NCBI GenBank assembly: GCA_963700555.1
Contig: CAVOXZ010000011.1
Span: 306,243 to 370,242, forward strand
Direction: 5' to 3'
Length of the DNA: 64,000 bases
From: an uncultured Chloroflexia bacterium
GTDB lineage: Bacteria; Chloroflexota; Limnocylindria; Limnocylindrales; CSP1-4
Below, one piece after another: positions 31,301-39,731 of the stretch. A program made the position numbers and the translations under genes. Under the pieces are notes generated by a model, which was given only the letters and a program-made list of their open reading frames with translations, was not told where the DNA came from and made no database searches. Every line of letters starts with the position of its first letter. The first letter of the stretch is position 1.

Positions 31301-32002
31301 GGGGGCACGCCGACGCCGGCTGCGGGTGCGGACCCAGGAACGGCTGGCGGCGTCGACAAGAACCTGAGCGGGTCATACGCGAAACCAGCCACGGGATCCG
31401 ACCCCAACGCCCTTCGCCCGGTGCTCAAGATCGGCACCGCGGTCAAGGGGGAGGCGGCGGCTGAGCTGGCCGCCTCCAAGCTCATGCCGGCGAAGGCCGG
31501 CGTCTCGGGGTCTGCCCGGATCGAGGCCCTGCTGCTCTACGACAAGCCGGCCGACCGGATCATCCTGCAGTCCGTCACGGCGTCCGGTGAGCTCGGCGTG
31601 TCCGTCGGCGGGATCAACCCGGCCCTGGTGGCATCTCAGCTCGCGAGCCCGGTCGGTCCCGCGGCTGCGGCGAAGATCACGAGCCTCGGGCTTGCGCACA
31701 GCAACGGGTCGATCAAGGCGTCGGTCACCGGCAAGGCCGACAACCTGCAGAAGTACATCGACACCGTCGGCAAGTACCTGGGCGGCCCCCCGTCGGGAGT
31801 CTCGGCCTCGGGCCTGGCGTCGGCCGTCCGCGCCGTCCATGCCCCGGGGGACTTCTCGACCGCCGTGCAGGTCACGGCGACGCTCAGCGACCGGATCGGG
31901 ATGGAGGGCAAGGTCGAGCAGCTCGGGAAGTCGGGCGAGAAGCTGGGCGCGAGCGCGAAAGGCTCGCTCGAGATCGGCAAGGAGTACCAGCTCTACCCGT
32001 AG
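28364..32002 (+). CDS. Giant low-complexity protein of about 1,212 aa with a second LQRLAGNGAV motif near residue 100. It contains Ala/Lys amphipathic repeats, a Cys-containing module and a Pro-rich linker. Function is unknown
   Basis: The frame stays open for about 3.6 kb with coding-like GC3. The GTG at 28364 is translationally coupled to the upstream ORF. The track ORF start at 27911 is rejected because the first 450 nt overlap the upstream gene and the intergenic palindromes and translate to Arg/Pro-rich sequence. No HExxH motif is present. Confidence 0.6.
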   Translation: MSAPTTVAARARQTARADTASPARSPSGPAEAAGPSEGASLLAADFAGQRSSVQAAAWDPGTALAPRPRVRADDAGAPPLARTGGSVRWLSQPAANARGPLLDLQRLAGNGAVARALQRGPAARPPRDTTPRAGPSAEPSLQRLEIPGLGDVDISGYISRALSILGPAEESRDKARTDARTQADDAAQTTDAAVASGNQQLDAGKIAAEQAGETGFTEAQAGTDAAATAGRDETAAGKAHGDHVAQEISGIEGSVEGMVDPLAREAGSSEGDAGHQAIDQATEHAVQPSGAADHTAPQEPGIETVPGQLTPTGAEPAVSHGPGPPGPEAPTHNAGAPAPATEHGPAQAGGGADHGAPAPEPGQAPAAGPSSPAQAPTSAVPGGQSATPAGGGSQPKPATPSGASPAGAPGPKLGADAGGVAAAGAPTCALVEALKTVTGWRDKVKSFASGVLAEVGKTQIPGLGITVAELAGKARQAALWVKKGVDGIKDKAVAWAHKKAAGIKKTITDKLATAKRVIDATVTGVKTAIKGAREVVSGLWDAARDGVSATIQQIRVGAGRLVQAAIGRVRSFVNGLPGPVRGLLGAAGNRIRSLVGGDPLGDAAAYLSSRWQAAKDGLRRAKEGAVKVAKAVADSTVKVAATKVKEATTIAKGVVDTAKTVAPYVLGVAAPGAVAVAGAARAAAGQWGKQLRDGADRVKKAIKGEACEAIGETVGPCLDMYLPKPDNKEKGFAKLSGQADVTVPLHEVGVPCNVKVGRGASVSVERTSSGYGVAVDGDAFVFANLAAGKQGTKTEAKVELPTGGMATVWEHLSGVPAGPPAGGPAPATPATGGAPAAPAPTGPAAGAPAAPKPRAPGQAPGGGGPDVSGEVEGGVKGSANLKFSFPTAGATTCEGAGGVASLLGALGVAASLPAPLDVLAKSGVVGGWEGNLVSNTVTMGIAGGGQVEVSEEGLGALKAQGQGETYMTTGVERPDQSTLGGTPTPAAGADPGTAGGVDKNLSGSYAKPATGSDPNALRPVLKIGTAVKGEAAAELAASKLMPAKAGVSGSARIEALLLYDKPADRIILQSVTASGELGVSVGGINPALVASQLASPVGPAAAAKITSLGLAHSNGSIKASVTGKADNLQKYIDTVGKYLGGPPSGVSASGLASAVRAVHAPGDFSTAVQVTATLSDRIGMEGKVEQLGKSGEKLGASAKGSLEIGKEYQLYP

Positions 32003-32091
32003 GTGACGATCCGACCCGCATCCCGGCCTCCGCGTTGAAACTCGATACATCCAGGGCGCACGTTGTGGCGACGATCGGTGTAGGATGTCGT

Positions 32092-32115
32092 GACCGACCG
32101 ACCGGTCGGTCGGTC
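32092..32115. promoter_or_regulatory. 24-bp perfect palindrome gaccgaccgaccggtcggtcggtc, 24 bp upstream of tetR. Candidate TetR operator
   Basis: The palindrome is exact and built from gacc repeats. It lies between a possible -35 (TTGAAA at 32035) and the tetR start at 32139. Confidence 0.55.
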
Positions 32116-32138
32116 GCCCTGCGAGGACCCACCTGCCC

Positions 32139-32801
32139 ATGAGCCGCCCCGATCCCGCCGAGCAGAGCCGGAGCCGCCGCGAGCGCATCCTCGATGCCGC
32201 GTTTCATGCCTTTGCGACGCGCGGCTACCGCGAGACGGCCGTCGACGACATCGCGGGCGCGGCGGAGACCTCCAAGGGGGGGATCTACTTCCACTTCCCG
32301 ACCAAGGAGGCGATCTTCCGCGAGCTGATGGGCTCGACGGCGGACAAGCTCGTCGCCAAGGTGGAGCGGTCGGTCGCCCTTGAGACGGAGCCGGTGGCGC
32401 GCGCCGAGGCGGCGATCCGGACGGTGCTGGCCACGTTTGCCGGACATCGGACCATGGCCCGCCTGCTGTTCCTCGACACGGTCGGGGCGGGCCGGATCTT
32501 CCAGGCCGAGGCCAACGCGCTCCACGAGCGGTTCGCACGGCTCATCCAGGGGTACCTCGACGAGGCCGTGGCCGCTGGCGCTGCCCCGCCGATGGATACC
32601 CGGATCACGAGCATCGCCTGGTTCGGGGCGATCAACGAGGTGGTCGGGCGCTGGCTGCTCGCGGACAAGCCGGGCCGCCTCGAGGATGCCTACCCGGCCT
32701 TGCGGGCGGCCCTGCTCCGGTCGGCTGGCGTGCCCGCCGAGCGGATCGGCGACGTCCCTGCGCCTCGCTCGGACTGGGACTTCCCGGAGCCCCAGCCGTG
32801 A
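32139..32801 (+). CDS. TetR-family transcriptional regulator. First gene of the men operon
   Basis: HTH RRERILDAAFHAFATRGYRETAVDDIAGAAETSKGGIYFHFPTKEAIF. The stop overlaps the menF start (ATGA). Confidence 0.85.
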   Translation: MSRPDPAEQSRSRRERILDAAFHAFATRGYRETAVDDIAGAAETSKGGIYFHFPTKEAIFRELMGSTADKLVAKVERSVALETEPVARAEAAIRTVLATFAGHRTMARLLFLDTVGAGRIFQAEANALHERFARLIQGYLDEAVAAGAAPPMDTRITSIAWFGAINEVVGRWLLADKPGRLEDAYPALRAALLRSAGVPAERIGDVPAPRSDWDFPEPQP

Positions 32802-34255
32802 CAACCCTGCAGCGGCCCGCGGTCCGGCCCGAGGAGGAGGCCGCGGCCCTCGGTGAGCGGCTGGCCGGGCTGCACGACGCGGCCCCCCGGGCGTCCACGA
32901 CCTTCCTGTCCGCGACGGTTCCATCGGGCGGGGTCGATCCGATCTCGCTGGTTGCGGCCGCGATCGAGACCGATCTCGAGGTGGCGCTCTGGCTGCGCCC
33001 ATCGGAAGGCCTCGCCCTGGTGGGCGTCGGGCGGGCCTGGGCCGTGGAGCCGGCCGGCCCGGACCGGTTCCACGAGGCTGAGGCCGGCTGGCGAGCCGCC
33101 CTGGCCTCGGCGGCGATCGACCGGGGTGGTTCCGGCGTGCCGGCCGCAGGCCCGGTGCTGGTCGGTGCGCTGGGGTTCGCGGGGCGCGTGCCGGAGGCTG
33201 GCGATCCGTGGGGTCCGTTCGGCGCCAGCTCGCTCGTGCTGCCCGAGCTCATGCTCGCGGTCACACCTCACGGGGCGTTCCTGACCGGCTCGGTCGCCGG
33301 ACCGGGGACGGCCGCGGGGATCCGGGCGCTCGAGCGCCGCTGGGAGCGCCTGGCCGCACGGGCCCGAGCGCTTGCTCCGAACCCCAACGGGATGGTCGCG
33401 ATGCCCGTCTTCGCGCCGCTCACCGTTGATGGCGAGCAGCCGACGCACGAGCACTGGCGCCGCCTGGTGGGCATGTTCTCGGGCGCCGTGGGCCGCGGGC
33501 GGATCGACAAGGTGGTCCTTGCCCGCCGGGTCGACCTTCGCTCGCCGATGGCGCTTGACGTGCCGAACGCCCTCCGCCGCCTCGCCGCGAGCGCACCGGA
33601 GAGCACGACGTACGCCTTCCGGCGCGACGGCCGGATCTTCCTGGGCGCCACGCCGGAGCGGCTCGTGCAGACGGAGGGCCGCACGTTCCGGACCGTGGCG
33701 GTCGCGGGCACGATCCGGCGCGGCGCCGACGCCGGGGAGGACGAGCAGCTGGGACGGGCGCTGCTCGCGTCCGAGAAGGACCGCGAGGAGCACGCCATCG
33801 TCGTGGACTCCATCCGGGCCCTGTTGCGTCCCGTGGCGGACAGCCTCTCGGTGGCTCCGGAACCCGGGGTCATGACCCTGCGCTTCGTCCAGCACCTGGT
33901 GACCGAGATTGCCGGGACCGTGCCCGAGGGCCGCGGGCTGCTCGCGCTCGGTGAGCGGCTCCACCCGACGCCCGCGGTCGGCGGCGAGCCACGTGAGGTG
34001 GCGCTTGCCCTGCTCGATGAGCACGAGGGCTTCGACCGCGGGTGGTACGCGGGCCCCGTCGGCTGGCTCGGGGCCGATGGCGATGGCGAGCTGTGCGTCG
34101 CCCTCCGGTGCGGGATCGTGGACCGGACGCGAGCCACGCTGTTCGCCGGTTGCGGGATCGTCGCGGATTCGGATCCTGACCTCGAGTGGGAGGAGTCCCG
34201 GATCAAGCTGCGAGCGGTGATCAGCTCGCTGGGCATTCCCGGGGACGAGCGATGA
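32798..34255 (+). CDS. menF: Isochorismate synthase (menaquinone-specific)
   Basis: Chorismate-binding domain motifs (GATPERLV, SEKDREEHAIVVD, GWYAGPVGW, FAGCGIVADSDPDLEWEE). Confidence 0.85.
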   Translation: MTTLQRPAVRPEEEAAALGERLAGLHDAAPRASTTFLSATVPSGGVDPISLVAAAIETDLEVALWLRPSEGLALVGVGRAWAVEPAGPDRFHEAEAGWRAALASAAIDRGGSGVPAAGPVLVGALGFAGRVPEAGDPWGPFGASSLVLPELMLAVTPHGAFLTGSVAGPGTAAGIRALERRWERLAARARALAPNPNGMVAMPVFAPLTVDGEQPTHEHWRRLVGMFSGAVGRGRIDKVVLARRVDLRSPMALDVPNALRRLAASAPESTTYAFRRDGRIFLGATPERLVQTEGRTFRTVAVAGTIRRGADAGEDEQLGRALLASEKDREEHAIVVDSIRALLRPVADSLSVAPEPGVMTLRFVQHLVTEIAGTVPEGRGLLALGERLHPTPAVGGEPREVALALLDEHEGFDRGWYAGPVGWLGADGDGELCVALRCGIVDRTRATLFAGCGIVADSDPDLEWEESRIKLRAVISSLGIPGDER

Positions 34256-36018
34256 CGCGAGCGGACGGGCTGCTGGCCTTCACCGATGAGCTGGTGGCGG
34301 CCGGCGTCCGCGACGCGGTGGTGTGCCCGGGCTCGCGCTCGACCCCGATGGCGCTGGCCCTGCGGACGGCGCCGGGGCTCCGGGTCCGGGTGCTGTACGA
34401 CGAGCGGGCGGCGGCCTTCTTCGCGCTGGGCATGGCCCGGACCTCGAGGCGGCCCGTGGCGCTCCTGTCCACGTCGGGCACGGCCGCCGTCGAGTTCGCG
34501 CCGGCGGTCGTGGAGGCGCAGCTGTCCCGGGTGCCGATGGTGGTGCTCACCGCGGACCGGCCGCCCGAGCTGCGTGACCGCGGCGCGCCGCAGACGATCG
34601 ACCAGGTCCATCTCTACGGCCGGGCGGCCAAGTGGTTCGCGGAGCTGCCGCTGCTCGATGGGGCGGACGCGACGCTGGCCCACTGGCGCTGGGTTGCGGG
34701 CCGGGCGGTGGCCGTGGCCGCCGAGGGTCCGGCGGGACCGGTGCATGTGAACGTGCCGTTCCGGGAACCGCTGCTCCCGGACGCGTCTCTGTCCCGTGAT
34801 CGCCTGGAGCCGGCGTACCCGTTTGTAACCGTGGTTCCCGGCCGACGGACGCTGGACGGCGCTTCGCTGGACGCGCTGGTGGCTCGCCTCGCGGGGGCAC
34901 GGCGGGGCCTGATCGTCGCCGGTCCGGACGACGACCCGGTCCTTCCCGCGGCCCTGGTCTCGCTGGCGCGGGTGACCGGCTTCCCGATCCTCGCCGACCC
35001 GCTGTCCGGGCTGCGGACCGGCCCCCACGACCGATCGATGGTCATCGCCAGGGCGGACCAGCTCTGCCGCCGTGGCCCGTGGATGGACGGGCTCGCTCCG
35101 GACCTGGTGATCCGGACCGGCGCCATGCCCACGTCCAAGCCGATCCTGGAGGTGCTCGCGCGGACGCGCCCGGGACTGATCGTGCTCGATGGGGACGCAG
35201 GCTGGCGCGAGGCGGCACTGATCCCGGCCACGTTCGTCCACGCGGATGCGGCGGCGACCGTCGAGGCCCTGACCCTGCAGCTCGCGCGTCAGCCACCCGG
35301 GACGGATCCTGCGTGGGCCCGGGCCTGGCGCGCCGCCGACGACGCGGTGTCGGCGGCGATGGACGGCTGGCTGTCGGAGCTTGGCGAACCGTTCGAGGGT
35401 GCCCCCTGGCCCGCGCTGGCCGATGCGCTCCCGGACGGCGCGACGCTCTGGGCAGCGAGCTCGATGCCGGTCCGCGATCTCGACGCCTGGCTGCCGTCGA
35501 CCGACCGTGCCATCACCGTCCGGTCCAACCGTGGCGCGAACGGCATCGACGGCGTGGTGTCCACGGCGCTCGGATCGGCCGCGGTGGCGGAGGGGCCGGT
35601 CGCCGCGGTCGTGGGCGACATCGCGTTCCTCCACGACCTCAACGCCCTCGTCGCGGCGCGGCTCCACGACCTGTCGGCCACGATCCTGCTCGTGAACAAC
35701 GACGGGGGCGGGATCTTCTCGTTCCTGCCCCAGGCCCGGCCCGGGGTGCCGGTGGAGGGCTCGGGTCTGCCGGAGCACTACGAGGAGCTGTTCGGGACCC
35801 CGCACGGGATCGATGTCGGGCCGGCGGTCGAGGCGCTCGGCGGCGAGCACCGGGTCCTGGAGCCGGGCGACCTCGCCCCCGCGATCCGCGAGTCCATCGG
35901 GCGGCCGGGGATCCAGGTCCTGGAGCTGCGAACGGACCGGGCGCGGAACCTCGAGCTCCACCGCGAGGTCGCCGCCGTCGCCGCGGACGCCCTCGCTGGG
36001 CTGGGAATCCTCCCGTGA
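34252..36018 (+). CDS. menD: 2-succinyl-5-enolpyruvyl-6-hydroxy-3-cyclohexene-1-carboxylate synthase (SEPHCHC synthase)
   Basis: ThDP enzyme with N-terminal VVCPGSRSTPMALAL and a C-terminal ThDP-binding motif (GDIAFLHDLNAL...NNDGGGIFSFLP). ATGA overlap with menF. Confidence 0.9.
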   Translation: MTRADGLLAFTDELVAAGVRDAVVCPGSRSTPMALALRTAPGLRVRVLYDERAAAFFALGMARTSRRPVALLSTSGTAAVEFAPAVVEAQLSRVPMVVLTADRPPELRDRGAPQTIDQVHLYGRAAKWFAELPLLDGADATLAHWRWVAGRAVAVAAEGPAGPVHVNVPFREPLLPDASLSRDRLEPAYPFVTVVPGRRTLDGASLDALVARLAGARRGLIVAGPDDDPVLPAALVSLARVTGFPILADPLSGLRTGPHDRSMVIARADQLCRRGPWMDGLAPDLVIRTGAMPTSKPILEVLARTRPGLIVLDGDAGWREAALIPATFVHADAAATVEALTLQLARQPPGTDPAWARAWRAADDAVSAAMDGWLSELGEPFEGAPWPALADALPDGATLWAASSMPVRDLDAWLPSTDRAITVRSNRGANGIDGVVSTALGSAAVAEGPVAAVVGDIAFLHDLNALVAARLHDLSATILLVNNDGGGIFSFLPQARPGVPVEGSGLPEHYEELFGTPHGIDVGPAVEALGGEHRVLEPGDLAPAIRESIGRPGIQVLELRTDRARNLELHREVAAVAADALAGLGILP

Positions 36019-36839
36019 CGACGGTCCGGAGACCCCCGGCAACCGGATGGTCCGTCACCGAGGGTGGAGCGGGCCAGCCGCTGGTGCTCCTCCACGGCTT
36101 CACCGGGTCGGCGGCGTCCTGGGAGGAGCACTTCGACTCGTTCGCGGACCGGCATCGCGTGATCGCCCCGGATCTCCCGGGACACGGCGGGACTCCGGAG
36201 ACCAGCGCCCTCGACGGCATGACGGTCGAGGCCACCGCGGACGCCCTCGCCACGCTCCTCGCCGAGCTGGGCGCGGCCCCGGCGATCGTCCTCGGCTACT
36301 CCCTCGGGGCCCGGATCGCGCTGCGACTCGCCATCGAGCACCCGGCATCCGTCGGGCGCCTCGTGCTCGAGAGCCCGTCGGCCGGCATCGCGGACCCCGG
36401 TGATCGAGCCGCCCGCCGCGCGGCGGACGCGGCGCTTGCCGACCGCCTCGAGCGCGACGGCATCGCCGGCTTCATCTCCGCGTGGGAGCGCAGCCCGGTC
36501 TTCGCCAGCCACGCCGCCGCCAATCCGCAGCTCCTCGCCCGGCAGCGAGCGATCCGCCTGGCCTCGAACGCTGCGGGGCTCGCAGCCAGTCTCCGGGCCG
36601 CCGGCCAGGGGTCCATGGAGCCGCTCCACGACCGGCTGGGCGAGGTGACGGCGCCCACCCTCGTCATCGCCGGTGCCCTCGACGCCGTCGGCCGCCCCCG
36701 CGCGGAGGAGGTCGCGAACGGGATCCCCGGCGCCCGCCTCGAGATCCTCGACGCCACCGGCCACACCCCGCACCTCGAATCGCCCGACGCCTTCCGCCGT
36801 CTCGTGCTCGACTTCGCCCCGGAGGACCCCGCCGCATGA
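36015..36839 (+). CDS. menH: SHCHC synthase MenH (alpha/beta hydrolase)
   Basis: [10 protein letters not shown], nucleophile elbow GYSLGARIA, and a C-terminal His (ATGHTPHLE). GTGA overlap with menD. The track ORF N-terminus at 35079 is out-of-frame overlap with menD. Confidence 0.8.
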   Translation: MTTVRRPPATGWSVTEGGAGQPLVLLHGFTGSAASWEEHFDSFADRHRVIAPDLPGHGGTPETSALDGMTVEATADALATLLAELGAAPAIVLGYSLGARIALRLAIEHPASVGRLVLESPSAGIADPGDRAARRAADAALADRLERDGIAGFISAWERSPVFASHAAANPQLLARQRAIRLASNAAGLAASLRAAGQGSMEPLHDRLGEVTAPTLVIAGALDAVGRPRAEEVANGIPGARLEILDATGHTPHLESPDAFRRLVLDFAPEDPAA

Positions 36840-37666
36840 CCACGCCCATCACCTGGACCCCCGTCGTCGAGTACCGCGACATCCGGTACGAGCACTCCGG
36901 CACCGGCATCGCCAAGGTCACCATCAACCGCCCCGAGGTCCGCAACGCGTTCCGGCCGCAGACCGTGCGCGAGCTGATCGACGCCTTCGCCCGGATCCGG
37001 GACGACGCCTCGGTCGGCTGCGTCCTGCTCACTGGCGAGGGCGACAAGGCGTTCTGCAGCGGCGGCGACCAGACGTACAAGAGCCATGACGGCGGGTACC
37101 TCGACACGGACGGCATCGCCCGGCTCAACGTGCTCGACCTCCAGCGCCAGATCCGGAGTCTGCCGATCCCGGTGATCGCGCTCGTCAACGGCTACGCCAT
37201 CGGCGGCGGGCATGTCCTCCACATCGTGTGCGACATGTCGATCGCGTCCGACAACGCGATCTTCGGCCAGGTCGGACCGCGGGTCGGCAGCTTCGACGCC
37301 GGGTTCGGGGTAGGCCTGCTCGCGCGGCTGGTCGGCGACAAGCGGGCCAAGGAGATCTGGTTCCTGTGCCGCCAGTACACCGCGGAGGAGGCGCTGGCCA
37401 TGAACCTCGTGAACAGGGTCGTGCCGCTCCCCGATCTCGAGGCCGAGGGCGTGGCGTGGGCCGACGAGATCCTGGACATGAGCCCGACCGCGATCCGGTT
37501 CCTCAAGTCGGCGTTCCTGGTCGCCACCGACGGCCTGGCCGGGCTCCAGGAGTTCGCGGGCAACACCACGGGCCTCTACTACACGACCGACGAGGCGCAC
37601 GAGGGCTCGACGGCGTTCCTCGAGAAGCGCAAGCCGGACTACCGCAAGTACCCGCGCCGCCCGTGA
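36836..37666 (+). CDS. menB: 1,4-dihydroxy-2-naphthoyl-CoA synthase
   Basis: Crotonase fold with MenB-specific motifs (YEDIRYE-like [49 protein letters not shown]). Confidence 0.92.
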   Translation: MTTPITWTPVVEYRDIRYEHSGTGIAKVTINRPEVRNAFRPQTVRELIDAFARIRDDASVGCVLLTGEGDKAFCSGGDQTYKSHDGGYLDTDGIARLNVLDLQRQIRSLPIPVIALVNGYAIGGGHVLHIVCDMSIASDNAIFGQVGPRVGSFDAGFGVGLLARLVGDKRAKEIWFLCRQYTAEEALAMNLVNRVVPLPDLEAEGVAWADEILDMSPTAIRFLKSAFLVATDGLAGLQEFAGNTTGLYYTTDEAHEGSTAFLEKRKPDYRKYPRRP

Positions 37667-38649
37667 ACGCCGACCCCGTGCCCCCCGCCGTCCTCGGATC
37701 GCGGCCGTCCGCCGCTTCGATCTGGGTGCATGCCGCCCGCCCGCGGACGCTGCCCGCCGCGGTCGCCGGTGTGGTCGTGGGCCTCGGCGCCGGCCTGGCC
37801 ACCGGGGCTCCGTTCCGTCCCGACACGGCGATCGCGTGCGTGCTGGTCGCGCTGCTCCTCCAGGTGCTCGCGAACTTCGCCAACGACCTGTCCGACCACC
37901 GGCGGGGCGCCGACACGCCCGACCGGGCGGGCCCCGTGCGCGTCGCCGCCGCCGGGCTGGTGACCGAGCGACAGCTCGAGGTGGCGATCGGGATCACGAT
38001 CGCGCTGGCGGGCGTCGTCGGGCTGTATCTCGTCTGGGTGGGCGGCGCGGTGCTGCTCGCGCTGGGTGTGCTGGCGGTGGTCGCCGCGCTCGCGTACACG
38101 GGTGGCCCGTTCCCGTATGGCTACCGGGCGCTGGGCGAGCTGTTCGTGTTCATCTTCTTCGGCCTGGTGGCGGTGGCCGGCAGCGCGTACCTCCAGGCAC
38201 TCCGGTTCGACGGCCTGTTCCTGGTGGTCTCGGTGCCGCCGGGTGCGCTGATCACCGCGATCCTCGTCGTCAACAACCTGCGCGACATCCCGACCGACAC
38301 CGCGGCCGGCAAGCGGACCCTGGCGGTGGTCATCGGGAAGCGGCGCACCCAGGCGGAGTTCGGGGCGCTGCTCGGCGTCGCGTACTTCGTGCCCGCGATG
38401 CTGTTCCTCGCGTTCCTCGGCGGCTGGACGCCGTCGGGGGGCGAGGCGCCGCTGACCCCGTTCGTGCTGCTGCCGATCCTGACCCTGCCGATGACCTCCT
38501 CGCTGCTGGCGAGGGTGCGGGGATTCACCGAGCCCCGGGAGCTCAACCTGGTGCTGGCCGGGACGGCGAAGCTGTCGCTGGCGTTCGGGTTGCTGTTCGG
38601 GCTGGGTCTGGCGCTGGCGGGCTGGGTTCCGGCGGGGCTCGGGTCCTGA
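37663..38649 (+). CDS. menA: 1,4-dihydroxy-2-naphthoate polyprenyltransferase (UbiA family)
   Basis: Polytopic membrane protein with an Asp-rich motif [11 protein letters not shown] and a second motif [13 protein letters not shown] overlap with menB. Confidence 0.85.
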   Translation: MNADPVPPAVLGSRPSAASIWVHAARPRTLPAAVAGVVVGLGAGLATGAPFRPDTAIACVLVALLLQVLANFANDLSDHRRGADTPDRAGPVRVAAAGLVTERQLEVAIGITIALAGVVGLYLVWVGGAVLLALGVLAVVAALAYTGGPFPYGYRALGELFVFIFFGLVAVAGSAYLQALRFDGLFLVVSVPPGALITAILVVNNLRDIPTDTAAGKRTLAVVIGKRRTQAEFGALLGVAYFVPAMLFLAFLGGWTPSGGEAPLTPFVLLPILTLPMTSSLLARVRGFTEPRELNLVLAGTAKLSLAFGLLFGLGLALAGWVPAGLGS

Positions 38650-39731
38650 TGGGCACGGTCCGCTTCCACCGGGTGCGGGTCCCGTTCCGCGTCCCGTTCG
38701 CGACCGCCGCCGGGTCCTGGACGACGCGCGAATCGTGGCTGGTGCGCATCGCCGATGACGAGGGGCGTGCGGGCTGGGGGGAGGCGGTGCTCGAGGACGA
38801 GGCCGACATCCCGGTGCTCGAGGCGCTCCTCGGTGACCTGGCGGCGGTGGGCCTTGCTCCCTCACCGGCGCTCGTCTCGCGGGCCGGAGGAGCCGGCCAG
38901 GCGTTCCGGGCGGCATTCGACGGGGCGCGGCTGGACGTCCTCGCGCAGGGTCCCCAGGCGACCGCTGCCCGGCCTCCCAGCGTCGGCGTCAACGCGGTCC
39001 TCGCCGCGACCAACGTCGAGGCGGCTGCGGCGGCCGCCGCAGCGGCGGTGGACGCCGGCTTTCGCACCCTCAAGATCAAGGCCGCGCCCGGCGACACGAC
39101 CGCGACCCTGGTGGCGCGGGTGGCGGCCGTGCGGGCCGCGGCCGGGGACCAGGCCGCGATCCGGCTGGACATGAACGGCACCTGGAAGCTCGAGGCAGCG
39201 GTCGAGCGGCTGCGGGCGCTGGCCGGCTTCGACCTGGCCTACGTGGAGCAGCCCCTCCCGCCGAAGGATCTCGCCGGCGCCGCGGCACTGCGCGGGCGGA
39301 CGGGGGTCCCGGTCGCGGCGGACGAGGCGGTCGACTCGGTCGAAGGGGCCAGGGCCGTGCTTGCGGCCGGCGCGGCCGACATCCTGGTCGTCAAGCCGGC
39401 ACGGGTCGGAGGGCCGGTGCCGGTGGCGGAGATCGCCTCGCTGGCGGCGGAGCTGGACGTGCCGGTCGTGGTGAGCTCGATGTTCGAGACGGGGGTGGGC
39501 CTGGCGGTGGCGCTCGCATGTGCCTCGGTCCTTCCGGATGTGCCCGGGTGGCCGGCGATCGAGCGCGACCACGGCCTTGCCACGGCGGACCTGCTCGAGG
39601 ACGACCTCATCCTCGCGCCATTGGCCGTGACCGCCGGGCGCATGCAGGCGCCGTTCGATCCGGGCTGCGGGGGCCTGGGGGTGACGGTGGACGAGGCGGC
39701 CCTGGATCGCTACGGCGTGGACGACGAGTGA
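38649..39731 (+). CDS. menC: o-succinylbenzoate synthase (enolase superfamily)
   Basis: Enolase-superfamily barrel (KIKAAPGD, LDMNGTW, YVEQPL, VVKPARVGG). TGATG overlap with menA. Confidence 0.8.
   Translation: MGTVRFHRVRVPFRVPFATAAGSWTTRESWLVRIADDEGRAGWGEAVLEDEADIPVLEALLGDLAAVGLAPSPALVSRAGGAGQAFRAAFDGARLDVLAQGPQATAARPPSVGVNAVLAATNVEAAAAAAAAAVDAGFRTLKIKAAPGDTTATLVARVAAVRAAAGDQAAIRLDMNGTWKLEAAVERLRALAGFDLAYVEQPLPPKDLAGAAALRGRTGVPVAADEAVDSVEGARAVLAAGAADILVVKPARVGGPVPVAEIASLAAELDVPVVVSSMFETGVGLAVALACASVLPDVPGWPAIERDHGLATADLLEDDLILAPLAVTAGRMQAPFDPGCGGLGVTVDEAALDRYGVDDE

Noticed and set aside
28442-31485. ORFs 28442-30796 (-) and 28831-31485 (-)
   Set aside because: They are antisense to the giant + strand gene. 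I rejected them on poorer codon-position bias, although low complexity makes this region hard to judge.
35079-36014. N-terminal 310 codons of the 35079-36839 ORF
   Set aside because: This part is out-of-frame overlap with menD. Only the GTG-initiated menH portion from 36015 is real.
33268-36042. 924-aa ORF on the - strand
   Set aside because: It is antisense to menF and menD.
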